This document shows, in pieces, positions 21,629 to 24,000 of a stretch of DNA of 24,000 nucleotides. The notes under the pieces are model-generated. The model worked only from the letters and a program-made list of their open reading frames with translations. It was not told the origin of the DNA and searched no databases. This stretch comes from Parashewanella spongiae (lineage in GTDB: Bacteria; Pseudomonadota; Gammaproteobacteria; Enterobacterales; Shewanellaceae): assembly GCF_004358345.1 (NCBI RefSeq), contig NZ_CP037952.1, forward strand, positions 5,129,457 through 5,153,456. Reading direction: 5' to 3'. The translations under genes and the position numbers were made by a program. Within the stretch, counting starts at the first letter, position 1; each line of letters begins with the position of its first letter.

Positions 21629-22210
21629 ATGAATTCTCTTTATAGGCTAATCATGCTTACACGTTTCTCATTTTGGCTTTTTCATCAACTTGGTTGGTCA
21701 TTCAAAGGTACACGCCCTACTGCAAAAAAGTATGTAATGATTGCTGCACCACATACCAGTAATTGGGATTTTGTTATCGGTATATTGGCACGTACTGCAC
21801 TAGGTGAAAAAATTCATTTTCTAGGAAAGCACACATTATTTATTCCACCTTGGGGATGGCTGTTTCGTGCCATAGGCGGCAGTCCTGTTGATCGTCGTAA
21901 AAATAATAATCTCGTGGATACGGCGGTAACAATATTTAACCAACGTGATGAATATAAGTTAGCTTTAGCTCCAGAAGGCACCCGCAAAGCTGTGACTCAT
22001 TGGAAAATGGGCTTTTATCGTATTGCCCATAAAGCGAATGTCCCCATCGTTTGCATTGGGTTTGATTTTGAAAATAAAAAGATTGTATTTGCTGACGCGA
22101 TACAAACCACAGGGAATATAGAGCGAGACATGTCGATGGTGTACGCGTTTTATCAAAATATCAAAGGGCGTCACCCCAAAGATATTCCAGAATTTCATAT
22201 TAAGAAGTAG
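21629..22210 (+). CDS. PlsC-family lysophospholipid/glycerolipid acyltransferase
   Basis: The 193-aa product has acyltransferase block I, the HX4D motif (PHTSNWD), and block III, APEGTR. Confidence 0.8.
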   Translation: MNSLYRLIMLTRFSFWLFHQLGWSFKGTRPTAKKYVMIAAPHTSNWDFVIGILARTALGEKIHFLGKHTLFIPPWGWLFRAIGGSPVDRRKNNNLVDTAVTIFNQRDEYKLALAPEGTRKAVTHWKMGFYRIAHKANVPIVCIGFDFENKKIVFADAIQTTGNIERDMSMVYAFYQNIKGRHPKDIPEFHIKK

Positions 22211-22454
22211 ATTTCACAATTTCGATGCGCTCAGTAGTTGATATTGAGTGGACGCAAGGTAGGTAACCAGCGACAATAAGTAACCCACTCTCCTTGTTAC
22301 TCAAACGTTTATCAAAAGTAAACTCTCTACCAGAAAACCTAGTAAACCACCGAAAACTCTTTAAAAACGTGGCGCAGTTTACATGACCGTTATCAAATAA
22401 AGTGGTTTGCAACCACTCATAGCCATATTCTTTTCTAACTGACATTGAGCACAT
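22200..22454 (-). CDS. Doubtful 84-codon ORF, no similarity recognised
   Basis: This is an ORF-track entry only. Both candidate ATGs (22454 and 22445) lie inside the left terminal repeat of R2 copy 2. It overlaps the acyltransferase 3' end by 11 nt, and I saw no RBS. Confidence 0.2.
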   Translation of the reverse strand: MCSMSVRKEYGYEWLQTTLFDNGHVNCATFLKSFRWFTRFSGREFTFDKRLSNKESGLLIVAGYLPCVHSISTTERIEIVKSTS

Positions 22455-22600
22455 CTATTAAAAAACCAAAATTAATCAATGGTTACTCATTTTTGCGTTG
22501 TAAAAATGTTCATATTGGTTAATTTTAAGTAAAACATAGATAAAAAGTGATTTCTTATCCAACCTTAACCACATAACTATTCCATGTGCGCAATGTCAGT
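22438..22600 (+). mobile_element. MITE-like element family R2, copy 2 (163 bp)
   Basis: The left repeat ACTGACATTGAGCACAT matches the rc of ATGTGCGCAATGTCAGT at 16 of 17 positions. It is flanked by TCTA (22434-22437) and TCTA (22601-22604). Confidence 0.85.
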
Positions 22601-22720
22601 TCTAACAAAACAAATACAAGTAAGTATTAACAAGCAATTATAACTTTGTTTTATTCGCTTAATAGATAAATTGTAGAAACAACTCTCTAATTGCTAACAC
22701 TTTTTGCCACAAACTATCGT

Positions 22721-23779
22721 TCAATTTGTCATTAAGTTTGTTATCTGTTTAATAAATATATGAATACCATTAGTTGAAGATGATTGTTTCATTTTTGTTG
22801 CTAATGCTTCCATAGTGTTTTCTTGTAATAAATATTTTATGCCATTGGCCAGCTCTTGAGCGTTCGCTGATACGATCAAATCCAACTTTTTACACACTTC
22901 GATTCTTGCAGGTTGATCCTTTGATACAGGGCAAGCAAGCGTTGGAATGCCTAATGAAATAGATTGCAATAAAGCATCACCGCCACTTAACACAGCAGCT
23001 TTTGAAGCGACTAATAGGTTGATAAAGTCACTATTATCGATTGAAGGCAAACAAATAAATTCATCATTATGCGCTATTGCCTTCGGATAATTTGGTCCCA
23101 TCACTATTACGGTTTTGATTCCTGTATTATGAAAAAGCTCTTTAGCTTGCAAATAAAATATATCGGCCGCTAGTTGCTGCTCAATTCGATGTCCACCAGA
23201 TCCTGAACTGAATAGGACAAATTCATTCTGCTTTAATTGCAAACGAGTCAATATTTGCTGTTGTTTCTGTTGATTAGGGGGCGTATAAACAGCTCCGATG
23301 CATTCGGGTTCTGATTTACCCAATAGTTTAAGTTTTAATTGGTTAATCCGGCCAACCTCTGGCATTACAAACCATGGTTGCACGACAAAGTGCAAATCGG
23401 TTAATTTTGCTCGCCCCCATTTCATTCCACGACGACGTTTTTTCTCATGCTGACTTATAAACACGACATGAGCCCCAATTTGTTTCGCTTTTTTCAATTG
23501 AGATTGACGGCCTGAAGCATCAAAAATTGCAAAATTAGGTCGATATTTTTCCAAAATATCATTTACAGCTTTGACTTGCTTCGTCGGTGTATCCTTAAGT
23601 AAGTCGGCAGGGTATGGACATTTATCTGCATAATTAGCCTGACGGTTTAATACAAACCGTATCTCAGAATCTGGCCATGTTTTTTTTATTTCATCTGCAA
23701 TAATTAGTGAGCGCATATACTCACCAATCCCCTTTGTTGAAGATACGGGAATAAACAGAAACTTTTTTTTCACTTTCAT
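22721..23779 (-). CDS. GT-B fold glycosyltransferase (MurG/GT28- or GT1-like), probable LPS-core or polysaccharide enzyme
   Basis: The product is 352 aa. It shows an N-terminal Rossmann-like start (KFLFIPVSSTKGIGEYMRSL) and a C-terminal nucleotide-sugar-binding-like segment (FSSGSGGH ... LSGGDALLQSISLGIPTLACP). The exact family and specificity cannot be determined by eye. Confidence 0.5.
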   Translation of the reverse strand: MKVKKKFLFIPVSSTKGIGEYMRSLIIADEIKKTWPDSEIRFVLNRQANYADKCPYPADLLKDTPTKQVKAVNDILEKYRPNFAIFDASGRQSQLKKAKQIGAHVVFISQHEKKRRRGMKWGRAKLTDLHFVVQPWFVMPEVGRINQLKLKLLGKSEPECIGAVYTPPNQQKQQQILTRLQLKQNEFVLFSSGSGGHRIEQQLAADIFYLQAKELFHNTGIKTVIVMGPNYPKAIAHNDEFICLPSIDNSDFINLLVASKAAVLSGGDALLQSISLGIPTLACPVSKDQPARIEVCKKLDLIVSANAQELANGIKYLLQENTMEALATKMKQSSSTNGIHIFIKQITNLMTN

Positions 23780-24000
23780 TTCTCACTTCAAAAATCTTAA
23801 CGGTAAAAACAATCGACTTCCGTATCTAACTAAAAATTAAACTTTCATTCGAACCAAAAAATAATGACTAACACTGACACACAGATAATGACATCAAGGT
23901 GAAGCTCAGATATGATCCTAACAATATCAAGTACAACTCATTGTACTGTTTACCCATTCTTTCGCAGTTTACATTAGGCGTGTTATGAAAACGATTAAAT

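Noticed and set aside
21254-22600. R2 pair plus acyltransferase as a composite transposon
   Set aside because: The outer flanks differ (TATA on the left of copy 1, TCTA on the right of copy 2), and each copy has its own matching duplication. This points to two separate insertions.
23984-24000. Possible plus-strand gene start ATG AAA ACG ATT AAA at the right edge
   Set aside because: Only 5 codons are visible, so the product cannot be identified or the start confirmed.

Overview
This is a chromosomal window from an AT-rich gammaproteobacterium. The gene order gspG-F-E-D-C, then divergent hslR-hslO, then pckA, is the arrangement known from Vibrio- and Shewanella-like marine genomes; the genus cannot be determined from this sequence. 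Most of the content is ordinary housekeeping: a type II secretion operon on the minus strand (1-5987), hslR/hslO, pckA, a FliL-like gene, ubiC, a periplasmic GH63/YgjK-like glycoside hydrolase, a MarC-family protein and a ZIP-like His-rich membrane protein. There is also a small envelope-polysaccharide cluster: wecB, a GT4 glycosyltransferase, a PlsC-type acyltransferase and a second GT-B glycosyltransferase. I found no CRISPR array, tRNA/rRNA, integrase/transposase gene or recognisable defence or toxin system. Two things are not explained by the gene list. (1) Every long intergenic spacer is made of small non-coding inverted-repeat (MITE-like) elements nested inside one another. I can separate at least five families plus a 33-bp hairpin module. 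Several copies have exact target-site duplications, so insertion order can be reconstructed. One insertion lies on the hslO stop codon and appears to have replaced the native 3' end of that gene. (2) A 571-codon ORF (10962-12677) resembles no family I can recognise. It is bracketed on both sides by these elements and contains a C8 homopolymer whose +1 or -1 slippage would truncate it. These are the best candidates for something undescribed. Both rest on sequence inspection only and need database and comparative checks.
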